From assembly GCA_040954595.2 (NCBI GenBank), contig CM082595.2, forward strand, positions 1,325,690-1,389,689: 64,000 nt of DNA, in the 5' to 3' direction. Position numbers and translations under genes: made by a program. Below, one piece after another: positions 26,053 to 39,700 of the stretch; the first letter of the stretch is position 1; every line of letters begins with the position of its first letter. Source of the DNA: Balanoglossus misakiensis. Its lineage: Eukaryota; Animalia; Hemichordata. The notes beneath the pieces were generated by a model. The model made no database searches and was not told the DNA's origin. It saw only the letters and a list, made by a program, of their open reading frames with translations.

Positions 26053-28315
26053 TTACCCACATAATGTTGCATCGATCTGCTTTAACCATGGCAACGTTAG
26101 TTTAATCTTGCGTCTGTATGCTGGATCTTTGTGAATAGGGTTCCTCTCTAGATACACAGTTTCCAAGTTCTTTGCATTCTTCAGTTGATCAATGTCAGAC
26201 CAGGTGTCTACCTGATTATCGTTAAACTGAAAAACAAAACAAAAGAGGCTGTTAAATTACTTTTTTGGTTTCTGCTTTTCAAACCAACACTGAAGTACAT
26301 ATACATGTATGTACAGATTTCTGACTAGCCAAACTTGAAAACTCTAACCGTGAATACATACCCAGAATTCTTCTAAGTTGACTAGATGGGAGATGTTTTG
26401 AATGCGACTGATTCTATTTGAAGCAAGATCAAGTGTCTCGAGTTTGACCTGGAATACAGTAAAAACAAACTGTTAAGAAGCTATGTTCAGAAACTATTAA
26501 TCTGTCTACTTGCTTTTCAAATACTATGTGCCATAAATGGATGTGCACAAATTTGAGAGGTGGCAGCAACTGAACCTAGAACAGAAAAGTAAAAGAAATT
26601 TGACTGCATTTGTGAACTCACATTTTTATCTAAGTTTTCTATTTCTTCAATTCCATTGTCACTAATGTATAAATGCTCTAGTGATTCCAATTCTTCCAGT
26701 CCTTCAAGTTTCACGATACGATTACTCTGAAAAACAAGGCAAGAAATTGTGAACATCTCCATGCACAATTGTTACTCAAGTTCTTCAGTTGTAAATACAC
26801 CTGTACTACCATGTTACTATGCATGAACGGTACTGGGACGGTAACCCCCAAACACTGCCCTCCTACCAGCAATAACCCAGTGAATCATAACACAATTTAC
26901 CTGAACACTGAGGATCTTTAACTTCTTTAAGCATCCCAAGTTGGCAAGTTTTGTAATCTTATTACGGCCAAGATACAGACTTTCAAGGTTTACCAGGCTA
27001 TCCAGATTCTCTATTTTCTGTATAAGAAAAAGAAAGACAAACTTGCATCATATAATGAATTGCTGCAATTAATTTATAAATGATTTGTATTTTATATGTC
27101 TGAGTATAAAATGGAGATGAGATATTTAATCGCGGTCTTACCCTGATTTGGTTAGAACCAAGTTCTAACATGGTTAAATTAACCAAGTGTCCGATATTCT
27201 CAATTTTCTTGATTCTATTTTGGATCAAGTACAGCTTTGATACTTCCAGTAATGAGTCCAGATTCTCAATGACTTTGATGTAGTTGAAAGACAGATCCAG
27301 CTGCCTGGTTGATAAAGGGAGAAAATGGCAATGAAATTAGTATTGTTTGTTGCATTGTTGCATATTTTAATAATCAAGATCGTAACTGACATACGGTAAT
27401 ACTTACTCCAAGTTGATCAATGCATCCAAGTTTTCAATCTTCGTCAGTTGATTGTCATATAAATCCAATTCATGAAGAGTGTCTTTGATGCATTCAAGAT
27501 TTTCTATTTTTTTGATCAAATTTTGTCTGAAGCACAGTGTCTGAAACAAAACAAAAAATAAACGTCAACATTTCAGAAATTGGCTCATCATTGTTTCTGA
27601 GATTTTCAGGATTTTTCTTCTCAATGTCAATCTACACATCATTGGATTGTTTGTTGGATCTTACCTCCACTCTCCTCAAGACATCCAGGTGTTCAATTTG
27701 CCCAATACGCAAATGGTTAAGATCAACATCCTAAGATATAAATAGAAAGATGACAATCACATTAAAAATATAAACAATGATTATCAACAATAATATAAAT
27801 ATTTAAAAAATGTTTGGCAGGTTAGGTAGGGCACAGTTTTTCAGGTAATGCAACCCTGCATTTCTGCTTTTTATTACATTGTATATGAAATTTTGCATAT
27901 TACAACTTATCAAGACACTCAGACTCACTGTAGCCTCTGCGTCCAGCCTAATTACATCAAGTTCTCTACCTGTTAGGATAAAGAAAAAACACACGATAAA
28001 TTCATAATTCTGATGCCCATAACAGATCTTTTTAGAGATAGCTCAATCGGAAACGAAATACATTGAAATTATTATGCGTTGCATTGTGCATCTCTGGATC
28101 ATAGAAATAAACATGTACATGTCGATTACATGATGATACATGCGACTATCGATAAATGAATGCACGAAATTTATAGATCCTTTCAAATTCAAAATCCAAC
28201 TATATCGTTACTAAATTAAGTAATGTTGCTATCAAGTACCTTCTTGGATCTCCGGGTTTTCGTCGTTATCTTCGTCGCTGAACGGAACTTTCTCCGAGTC
28301 GTCCGTAGCCGCCAT
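26053..28315 (-). CDS. PPP1R7: Protein phosphatase 1 regulatory subunit 7 (sds22), leucine-rich repeat
   Basis: Acidic start MAATDDSEKVPFSDEDNDENPEIQE. SDS22-type LRRs (LCFRQNLIKKIENL, ELDLYDNQLTKIENL, LDLSFNYIKVIENL, MLELGSNQIR, LYISDNGIEEIENL). LRR cap LETVYLERNPIHKDPAYRRKIKLTLPWLKQIDATLCG*. Confidence 0.93.
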
Positions 28316-29510
28316 TTTGAATCGTTTTGTGCATGCTGGGAAAGGTCATACGAGGTCATGAGAGCGCGGCCGGGCGCGATGGGCGTGTATATTGCACGTG
28401 CTATCTATTAATAACTTTACAGTGCACAACTGTAACAATGTTTGTCATCCGATTATGTAATTTTCTTTAAATATGTTATTCATATAATTTGCCTGGCATA
28501 ACTTTCTTTTACCCCACACACATGACTAGAATATGGTCGGGTTGTACATTGCATTGCATTGTGCATTTCACATACGCCCTCAACTAAATTTGCGACAGAA
28601 ATATACCCGGAAGTTGCCAGTCATCGTAGTACTATATACACGTCAGTGACACCATACTGTTGCATAGCCAAGCCGGCAAATGTGATTGTTTTGTTATCAA
28701 AAATACGGGTCAGTACATGTGCAATCAGGTAATGCCACGTCGAGAAGCGTAATATAGTTGTCTGTTGATGATCAGTAATTCTGTTAGTGTTATGTGTTGT
28801 CAGGAATGACCGTGATCGAAAGAAGGTAAAAAGACAATTTTGCCGTCAAACTCAAACGCCTTTTTGTGCATGCTGATAGTCAAAAATTATAATTATATCT
28901 ACACATGACATTGAACCGTTTAATGGGAAGTAATCGCTCACCATTGTTGGGTTTGACAAGGTGTAGAGATTTAAATTTAGACAATTTCTATGTGTATTGT
29001 CTAAATTTAAAACAGTGGCGTGTGAATCTGGTGGTACGACGTGTACAACAGTCGCACCATATGGGGAGTAAATGTCCATAGGTCCGGGCCATAGGTGCAC
29101 AGATCACAGACCCGTTCATCATTTGCTGGTTGTCACCTTTTAGTTCAGAACATTTTGAGGGTATTGACAATTGTTGAACATCACACATTATGGGTTGTGT
29201 ATAATGTTAGCTGCAGTATGGTGGACCTAAGTAAACATCTGGTCAGGTTCTGTCATTTTGGGGGGAGGGGGTGGGTGAGGAGTATGTGCCCTATGAATGA
29301 AGTGTAGGTTCAGATCTGTGATTGGGTGATGCCTGGTCTGTCATGATGATGTTATGAGTTATACGGTGTTGGTTGTTATAATTTATCTCAGAAATATGGC
29401 ATGAACCAGCAATTTCCACCGTGAGCAATGTTTTTAACTTAATTTTTTCCATCCACAACAGATACAGCTATACATCCATTTGAAGCTTTGGAAAGAGCAA
29501 AGTGAACAAT

Positions 29511-32003
29511 ATGCCAAGGAAGCGTATGTTACAGACCACACCTGTGGAACAGACCAGTTTAGATTCAGAATTGATGTTCCCGCATGCTCCACTTGCAGTT
29601 CTGACTGAGCGGAAAAAAGATCTGGAATCACAAGAAAAAGACAGCTCTGAATCTGATTCTGATTCTGACACTATGGATGGGCCAACAAACTTTGATGGTG
29701 ATAAGGCCAATATTGGTTTGCTGTTATTCTTATATGTACTACAGGGAATCCCTCTCGGTTTGGCTGCTAGCATACCAATGGTTTTACAGAGTCGACATGT
29801 AGGCTACAAGCAACAGGCGATGTTCAGCTTCGTCTACTGGCCGTTCAGTGTCAAACTTCTCTGGGCACCCATTGTGGATGCGTTATACTCCTCCAAGTTC
29901 GGTAGGCGGAAATCGTGGCTTGTTCCAACGCAGTATCTTATAGGGATCTTTATGATAGTCTTGTCTCAACACGTGTCTGAGCTTCTCGGTAATGGAGATG
30001 AAGATTTTGTTCCAGATGTCTTCACCTTGACTGTGACATTTTTTATGTTGAATTTCTTGGCTGCTACTCAAGACATAGCTGTTGACGGATGGGCATTAAC
30101 TATGCTGTCACGTAGAAATGTTGGCTACGCATCTACTTGCAACACTGTCGGACAAACTGCCGGTTATTTCCTTGGAAATGTTTTATTCCTAGCTCTGGAG
30201 TCAGCTGATTTTTGTAACAAATATTTACGATCAGAACCGTTACCATATGGTGTGGTGACATTATCAGGTATGGGTTTTCAATTGTCATAGATACCACTTC
30301 TATTGCTCTTGTAAATTTTCAGTTGCTATAGGTACCACTTCTATTGCTGTTGTCACGACTATCACCCCTGTGTTAATATGTACTCCTTCTCTCAGTTGAC
30401 TGTTACATACTGCTCTTTTCTCGCCAGGATTTCTTTACTTCTGGGGGTTTGTTTTCCTCATCACGACATCAGTTGTTTGGTGGTTTAAGAGAGAAAAGGC
30501 GGAGGCATCAGAAGACATTGAACAAGGAATTATTGGAACTTATAAATTGTTGATGTCTATCATACGACTGCCCAGTGTCAAAGCCTTTATTGTCATCTTG
30601 ATGACTTGTAAGGTAAGATGTATATCGCCCACACCAGTATTCTTGAGGTTTAGGGTCTTTTACTTCATGAAATTTTGTTTAAAGGTGTGTCGATGATGTC
30701 ATGACATTGGCCTTTTGAACTTGAATACAAACTTCGTTTCAACAGATTGGGTTCAGTGCAACAGACGCAGTAACTGGTCTCAAATTAATAGAACATGGCG
30801 TGCCGAAAGAACAGCTAGCACTTCTGGCTGTTCCACTTATTCCACTACAGATCATATTGCCATGGATTATCAGTAAATACACTGCAGGACCAAGACCAAT
30901 GGATGTCTTCATCAAAGCTGTGCCTTACAGGTCAGTGAAAAAACTACATGTATACATGTTGTCCCAGATGCAGCTTTTTTTTATAGAGGAGTGCAAAGGG
31001 TTCAAACTCATATTTTTGATACAATTTGCAACTGGACTGGTCATTAGAAATGGGCTTTGAATGATTTGATTTATATTGTTGGACAGACAGTTATTGATTG
31101 ATTGATTGATTGATTACTTGACTGATTGATTGACTGACTGATTAATTGCTTGCTTGCTTGATTGGTTAAGTTCAGTATGAAACCTGTAACCCCAAATCTA
31201 TTGTTTGTTACAGATTATTGATGGGAATTGTGCTGATGTTACTTGTGTGGTACACACCTTCCTTCCAACTAGAAAATGGTGAATTCCCCTGGTACTACTA
31301 TGGTGCCTTGATGATTGGCTATGGGTTGCATCAGGTGAGTGTCACATGATTTCTGGGGCTGTCATGTGTCTATGCAGATAAAGTGTAGTTATGTACTGTA
31401 CTCGATCAAGTTCCTCTATATCAAGGCTTTCAGAAATATATACTTATATATTTGTTACAATATTATTCATGTTTCAGATCACACTGTATTGTATGTTTGT
31501 GGCTGGGATGGCATTCCACGCTAAGATCAGCGACCCGACCATTGGCGGTACTTACATGACCTTGTTGAACACCGTTGCCAATCTTGGAGGCAACTGGCCA
31601 AGTACAGTGGCTCTGTGGTTTGTGGATAATCTGACTTGGAAATCTTGTACTGGAAGTGATGTTGCTGGTTTGGAATGTGATAGCAAGCTGCAAGCTGAGG
31701 TAAGTACTATTTTAGTATGCTGTTACCATAGTTATATTTGCATTATATAAAACTACATTGCAGACATACCAATCTGATTTGGCCGCTTGAAAGCTGCTAC
31801 ATAAATAAGACTCTTGTTGATCACATTTGTTGTCTTGTTTACAGGAATGTAGCAAAGCTGGTGGGCATTGTGACATTGATATTGATGGATATTATATCGA
31901 AGTCATTGTATGCTTCTCCATTGGTCTCCTCTGGTTGCTATGGAAACGGAAGACTGTCATGAAAATCCAACAGTTGGATCAATCGGAGTGGAAGTGTAGC
32001 TGA
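29511..32003 (+). CDS. SLC33A1: Acetyl-coenzyme A transporter 1 (AT-1, MFS)
   Basis: LLLFLYVLQGIPLGLA, WPFSVKLLWAPIVDA, FGRRKSWLVPTQ, FLAATQDIAVDGWALTML, KISDPTIGGTYMTLLNTVANLGG, DGYYIE, ending QSEWKCS*. Exons approx. 29511-30267, 30428-30612, 30746-30930, 31214-31334, 31478-31699, 31844-32003. Confidence 0.96.
31095..31163. repeat. (TGAT)n / (TGAC)n / (TGCT)n tetranucleotide microsatellite in an SLC33A1 intron
   Basis: Directly visible. Confidence 0.9.
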
Positions 32004-33268
32004 AATAAGTAACATTTTGTCTTCTTGGATGACTTTTAAAATTTTAGACAATTTAATTCCAACAACTCTATCAGTCTAGTTTTTTTTTTGTCTAATGTTA
32101 TTTTTTTTATTTAACATTTTGTACCAGTTTACTTTGGTCACAGTATGTAAATTTCAATATGTTCATCTAAGTTGCACATTATAATAGACTTTATAGAGTC
32201 AGTGATGTTGAATTCATAAGGATAGTTTTCCCAATTGCAATATCATTCATTGGGCATTTTCAAACATTGTTTATTGTGTTTGTTAAAAACACTTGCATGA
32301 CTGTCATAATTTTCAGCTTTTTTCTTTACGCACAACCAGTCGGACAGGTAGTAGACATTTGTATGAGTCAACAGGTAGGCTCGACTCAAAAAGGCTAAGA
32401 AAAAAGAGGTCCTTCCTGGCCAGAATTCTTGTTAAGTACACTAATTCTCACTTTTATCAGCTCATTTAGAATGATACTTTCTTTGTTTCATTGTACTAGT
32501 CCCTCCAGTATCAGAGAATATACCGTAATAAATGTTGTGGACATAGTACTGGTAAGCTGAACAAATAAAGATGTGTCTTTTGTTGTGCGAAAAACATTTC
32601 ACCCCTGTCATTTGCTACCCTACAAAATCTATGTTTGCCATAGCTGGCAGTTCATGAACAGATTTTCAGGAAAATTAGTGGAAGAAGTCACAGAAATCCA
32701 GATTTTTGTGTTCTGGCTGTTGAAAAGACAACACAGCAAAAGGTTGGTATATCTAGTTGTTTTGAATATTTATTGTATCATTATGAAATGAAAACAATGT
32801 AAGATATATATATATACCTAATGACAACAGTATGTAATATCAAGGTTACATTCAGTTCAAAGAAGACTTATTCGAAACTCCACAGAAAAAACGATGTTTT
32901 TACACATAATGAATCACTTTTATGCAAACTTTTAACAAATATAATAAATTGGGTTGCGATGAATAATATACATGTATGTGGAAATGGAAAATGACAATCT
33001 GTGTTATAGATGTAGCAAGACATAATATATCAAAACTTGGAATATTTTAGAAAACTTGCAAATTCATTATACAACATGAGTGATTGATCAATGCCTAGCA
33101 GATGTCAGGTCTATTAAGTGTACAGCCATATGATCAACACCCAAAACATCAAACAATTCCAGATCCAAATCTTTAACATAATATGGAACAAGGATTTGCC
33201 CAATATTGTCCAGAGGAATGCAAATAAATATCTCAAGTAGTCACATCATGACAGATCTACAACGATAT

Positions 33269-35546
33269 TCACACTGATGCTTGTAAGAATGTACTTTCTT
33301 TTGAGATCGGCGGTTGGTTTGCTATCCTCACAAATTCTATGATATCTGTGGCCAGTTCATTTTCCATTTCCCCTGCCGCTTCCACTGCATTCATTGCTTT
33401 CTTGGCATATTCCTTGGCCTGCAACCAAAATGGAAAATCTCTCAGACAAAAAGAAAAATCTCTTTTGTTGTACTGTAGTAACTTGTCATTCAAAAGACTT
33501 GCATCTTGCTCTTTTGACCATATATAGGCATATGTCAATTACAAAGACCATATTCTTTGAACTTACCCTTTCTGTATCAAGGAGAACATAATACAACATA
33601 GCTAATGCATGGCTGATCTTTGCCATAACTGATGCTGTTTCATCTGGTGTTTGTTCACGAATATCATGAATTGAATTCAACACCTGCTTGGCTTCTGCTT
33701 CTTGTGCCTCATCTGGAAAAAAAATCAATCAGTTCTTAGATTTAGCATAACAAATTCAGGAGTATGATCAATTTAAACAAGTACAAATCCTTCAAGGACT
33801 ACCTGAATATCAAAGGAATAATTGATTGATTTTCATATCTGTGTTACCTAGGGCCTCCTCCTGATCTCTAGCTTGAGTTGCTGCTGGACCAACACCAGAG
33901 GGTACAGCTGGTGTACTTGTTCGAATCTTGACAATCTTCAACAAATGTGTATGCCAGATATCTGTCACTCTTGTATATAGGGAGTCTGCAATATCCATCC
34001 TGTTTTGCCTGAAGAAGACATTGGCCATGTGGAAATATCCTCCTGATGTGTGGATGTCATCTGTACCAAACTCTTCTGATGCATGGAAGATCTTTCGAAA
34101 AGAAATACACAAGCAAACATGTAAGCATCCTTCCAACCCCCAGTTCCCTATTTAGAGGTCCAACCTTACCATAGAAAACTAGATTTGGACTGAACCATTG
34201 TGGTGAAAGGGTTAAAGGACCTGCAAGATCTGTGTTCATGAATACTGACAATTTCCTTGGCACTAATTTGGAGAATTGAAAATTGACCAGTGTTTCAGCA
34301 CCCTCACATGTCGTTTTAGCTTACAGAGATTTCTCTCTGCCTACTTACATCATTTGCCAGTTGCCGTAGCGACTCCTCAAAATTTCCTTGCGCAGCATAC
34401 AACAATCCTAAATTTCTGTAGAGTTTACATTTGATGGCATTTCCAGAGTCTGGTGTCTTCAATACTGTCCACTGTGCTTGTGCTAAATATTCTTCTGCTT
34501 GGGACAGCTTACCTAGACCTGCATGGGCAAAAGTTGAAAACTTAGCTTATTTCTTTACTGAGCAGTCCAAAATGATGCATATTAACTGAACTCTAACTGA
34601 GAGTGATAAATCAATATTCTCTTACCAATGCTGGCTTCACCGAGGATAAGATAGGATGGCACTAATTCAATACTATTTAAACCATGGACATCAATACTAA
34701 ATCTTAGTGATTGCATAGCAGCTGGTACGGCCTGTGCATGTTTGCCTTCAAAGAGCAGTTTCTGTCCTGTTGTTCTGGTGAGCTCTATCATATGCATCTG
34801 TGAATAGATAACGATGAACGGGTATGAAATAATAATGTCTGCATTATTTCAAAATGAGATCTTGATTGGTTTGTACAATAATGTGGTTTACATTAATTGG
34901 CTACTGCAGTTTTAATATAATTTAAAATTTTAAGCAAATGTACAAACCTGTCTCTGTAATTTTTCATCTTCCCTTTTCTTTCTTTCTTCCTCTGATGGGA
35001 GAAATGGCAAGGCCATGGTTCTTAGCGGAATCAGTAACTGACATATTTTCTCGTGAATTCCTTCCCAATCAGCTCGTTGGTGTTCTTTGCCACTGATAAT
35101 AGAAACACAGAAAAATGATTCAAAATTATTTCAGAGTTCTCTGAGGAAATATGCGAGCAGTTATATAGGCCATTTGATCATGATTCAGAATCCATCTTGT
35201 GGCAGTGTTTTCTGTAGTATTGTATATTTTGTGCGAACCAGTGTTTTGATCGACACTTGTGTGAAATATACTGTAACTTCCTAAAATTGAGTCAACGCTT
35301 TATGTTTGATAATCTCTCTCATAATCAAATGGATCAACATGATAAATATCGGAATGAATACCGCGTACACATAAGAACCTTGAAATGGGAAAAAGAAATT
35401 CGATTCGTTCGAACCGTGATCATGGAGATAGGCACTTACCAGTAGTAAGTTACTCTGCACTGTGTACATTGGATAAATGCAGGCTTCTGACAAAGCTCGC
35501 ATAAAAGTTTTACTCCTTTTGGATTCGCAAGAGGATTCAATGTCAT
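33269..35546 (-). CDS. ZMYND12: Zinc finger MYND domain-containing protein 12 (MYND + TPR-like, cilia/flagella associated)
   Basis: MTLNPLANPKGVKLLCELCQKPAFIQCTQCRVTYYC-GKEHQRADWEGIHEKICQLLIPLRT, then ELVPSYLILGEASIG, AEEYLAQAQWTVLKTP, TSGGYFHMANVF; seven exons with GT-AG borders. Confidence 0.9.
34130..34215 (-). mobile_element. MITE family copy in a ZMYND12 intron
   Basis: ccccagttccctatttagaggtccaaccttaccatagaaaac...tggtgaaagggttaa, reverse-complement match to 21439-21530. Confidence 0.7.
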
Positions 35547-36628
35547 GTTTGCTAGATTAGTGTAACGATAAACCAGAAGAAATGGGACAATATCAGCCGT
35601 CAGCAGTGGGTCGGCAATGTTGTCGCTTGTTGCTATCAACGCGGTGCGCAGGCGCATTGTGTCCTATGTGTCGATTTCCGTGATCCTCAGTGCGCCCTCT
35701 TGGGGTATTCCCTGTTTGTAGTTATTTTTAGAAACAAACATTGGAGGTTCCACGCTGTAAGTTGCGACGTGTTCAAAGATGACCTTGACAATTTTTATTC
35801 CTAACAAACACTTTCATTTGCCCCATTTTCAGTTGTCCGTTAGGTGAGCAGTCAGTGAACAAGTACGAAATGTACAACACTATCATTAGCAAGATTAGGG
35901 GGGATTTTATGAAGTAGTGAAAACCAAAGTCTTTGGTGCTTAGAATGTTTATTCTTTATTATCAAAACTAGAAATTAATTACAGCCATTTCAAATGTTTT
36001 GTAAAGTCTGAAGCAAGAGATTTCTTCAAATGTGTATTTACAGTATTATAGTCATTCACCTCTGTTATTGCTTCAAATAATTCTGATTATCAGAGTTGTC
36101 ATGGTCAACCATTTCTTCAAGTTTGCATTTACTGGTACAGTTGGGTTACCAAGAAATCAGATAGAAATTTGTATATATACTGTATTTTATTTTCATAAAC
36201 ATTCAGCCTCCAGTTGGAGTGAGTTCACTCAACATCTACTGATAATGTCTCTTAAAACAAAAATGTACTCTGCGATATAAAAATCTACGAAACAAGACTA
36301 GTTGTATTAAACAATGTTGTAAATGTTGTATGTTGTTGGAATGTGGAGACTACATGTACATTGTAAATTATCATTCAATATTCCCACTCAACACTAAATG
36401 AAGAATTTGTATAAAAACTTAAAACAATTTTTTTTATATTCTATCCATGCCATTTATGTATGTAATGTATTGTTTGTAACCACTGATGTATGCATTGAAG
36501 TGTGTAATTAAGTTAGAGATGCAACGTTTCAAACACAATTGTGTCTTTATAAAATGTATGTTAAAATCTGATATTTTCATTGAATGTACATGTACAAAGT
36601 TTACCTCTTTCCTAACCATACCACAGTC

Positions 36629-36721
36629 ATAACCCTGTCACCCCTGTTTTCTTATGTAGACGTCAAACCCTGCCATTAAAAACAAAGGATTTGGACCAAA
36701 CCATGGTGGTGAAAGGGCTAA
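36629..36721 (-). mobile_element. Full-length diverged copy of the same MITE, abutting the stop codon of the UBL-TM-ARM gene
   Basis: ataaccctgtcacccc ... ggatttggaccaaaccatggtggtgaaagggctaa. Confidence 0.7.
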
Positions 36722-39700
36722 TGTGATTGCAGGCTAGTTCTGCTGGCTATCATCGGTTTTCTGATGCTGGACAGTGATCCCATACTATCAGAGCTTGATG
36801 CAGGCACCGCTTGTGATCGGAAGAAATCATCATTAGCAAATATCTGTATGCCTTCGTCAGCCATGTTCCACGCATCCCTGTCAGCTGCATTGTCCCGGAT
36901 GTAAACCAAGATATCCTGTAGACCCAGTTCCTTGGCTCGGATTCTAGAAACAGCAGTGGAAAGTACAAGTCAGTATGATAATGAAATAACTGGTGAAAAA
37001 ATAATCAAAAGCAAATAAGTATCTGTGGGGAAAATCTTGACCACAAAATTCGTGAATAACTTGCCCCAGATTTGGTTCTTCCACAGACGACAGCACAATC
37101 TTGGCGACCACTTTCTGTAAGATTGGATCGGACGTCTTGGCGAATTGTAAGAGTGAGTCTTTAAGGTTTTCTTTGTCAAGTAGTTGAGAGCAAGTCTGTG
37201 AAGAAAGAAAAGTAAGACAACATTAACACTTGGGTCTTTTCTAAGATTAGATCTGATGACATACATTACATGAAAGAAATAATGTTTTTTTTGTCATATA
37301 CCCCAACTTACATTGGTATTCTCAGCATAGTAAAGAAGTATTTTTCCAGCCAACAAATAAATCTCTTCATCCAGTGTAGTGGTGGCTAAACCAAGCAAGA
37401 TATCCAACATATTCTCCTGAGGGAGGTAAGAAAATAAAAATCACCAGATGAGTATCACCAAACAAAAGTGAAACTTGGTACAAAGACAGTCATTGGTTGG
37501 AGTGGAAAAGCAAGATATGTTTAATAACAAAAAGAAACTGATTTCCTTTCATTGCAAAACAAAACACAACTGTGAATATTTTATGATTATGTTGGGATGA
37601 AAATGTATTATTTTTACCTGATAGAAGATGACATCAGCACTCTCAATTGCAATCAGTTCCAGTGTTTGTAAAGACAACCTCTGAGTTTCACCATCTCGAC
37701 TCTTGCACATTTCAATCAAGGCAATGGCTGAAATTGACCAAAACATGAATGAAGTTGAGATGACAAGTATAAGACTTTATCTCAATCACCATACAGTATC
37801 TAGCCAATACCTGGTGAATAAACAGGCTTCAAATTGACAAGTTTAATGTCAACCAAAAAATAATAAGAAAATATTGGAATACGATTGGACTGATGGACAA
37901 AGAAAAGGTATATCAGACTTGATGAAACCCTCACCTGGCGCATTCATATGAGACATCTGTGCCCTTATGTCTGCATTAAACGCCAACTCTAAGAACACCC
38001 CGGCGATGATTCGTTGTGTTGAGATTGTTCCATTCTTTGCAGCATGCGCCAAATCATCCATTCCTCGGTCAGATACCACGTGGGCTTTGTTATCTTCCGA
38101 GTCTGATACAATGTATGACACAGCCGTAGCTGCTTCTTGTACAACTCGTGGATCAGATGAATGTAGCAATGTTGTCAGAGTAGTGATACCACCCATCTCA
38201 ACAAATTGATCCTGTGGAATGGAAAACATTATAGCATGGTAAAATAATCATCATTTCACTACAGATAACCAGATTGTTTTATTTTGTTACACAGGGATAT
38301 GCCCTATGTAATTGGCATTATTAGAGTTGCTGTGTACAGACCCAGTTAAGAAACTACTATACTGACACAGAAAGTTTGTTACCTGTATTGCTGGTACAGT
38401 CAGTAATTCAGCCAAAGCTTCAGCTGCATATTCTTGAGTTGCTTCATCTGCTGACAAACCCAGTGAGATCAAAACCTCCAATCTGTAGAAAAAATAGTGC
38501 CGTTAAAAAATTGAAGATTGTCACTGAGATCTCAAGAATGGAATTTGCTATAGGTGCTGTGGGTCAATAAATTAATGAATTGATTATGTTTGTGAGCAGA
38601 CTTGGGAAGACCACCTGTTGATTTTCAGAGTTTTGTGCCTTGACTTACCCTCCTTCAGTGACAATTCTAAATTTACTGTCATCTCCAGTTGTGGCAAGAG
38701 TGGCCAACTCAAAAGATGCATTGCGCTGTTCTTTTATCCTGAAAAAAAGAAAAGAAAAGTTAAATGAGATTTTTATCTTATGGTGAAGAGTTATAAATAC
38801 ATCAGATATGAACTTGCAAATGCTACATTATCCAGACTAAGACTTACTTTCCAGATTTGGCTGAAGCGATAACTTTGTCAATGTCTCTTGTCATCACTAG
38901 GAACTTCTCAAGAATGTCTCCGGTCTTGAAACGGAAGTTATGCAACAACATCCAGCACAGAATGTTGGAAATCAACACAAAGATGAAATGGAAAGTGAAG
39001 AAAATCAACGAATAAACTACTTTGTGTGAACATCCACCGGTGAAATCCCAGTTGTCACAACCATGATCCTGAAAAAGAATAAATTGGCGATATCAAAAAA
39101 AAAGAAGATAATACCATGCGTTATAGAATATGCCTGTTAAAACTGAATTGAAATAAAAGAAGGCATTTGAACTTACCAGTATTTGCAGTAGAATATAAAT
39201 AGCTAAACCCAGAGACACACCAAGCACAGCGATAGAAAAGATACCATAGATAATCATGTACCTCTTATGCCTGCAACAAAATCAGGATAATAGTTAACCC
39301 TTTTACCACCATGGTTTAGTCAAAATCCATTCTATACATGTATTTTTATTTTGGATAGCTTTGACAAACATTTTGTGATGTAGAGTTCTAGGAGGATGCA
39401 GTTTAACCTACCAGAATCCAGAGACACCAACAAATCCAGTGAGATGTGAGTATGATGGACATTGTGTCACAGCATACAAAAAGAAGACAAATATCCAGGC
39501 TGCCGCATACCAGTAGACTGTGAATACAGCCAATAGGGCAGCTAAGAAATGGATGTACATCATACCCTGCAAGATGGACAGACATTAATCACATGGATGG
39601 CACGCAAGGTGAGGGTGTCTATTTTAAGCGACATTTACCAAAGTACTGAATCTTTAATTTTCAGCCAATAATCATGAGAGACTTACCTGAAAATCCATCA

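Noticed and set aside
10504-32003. Functional acetyl-CoA gene cluster (CoA-transferase + SLC33A1)
   Set aside because: The products act in different compartments (mitochondrion versus ER), and unrelated genes lie between them; there is no evidence of co-regulation.
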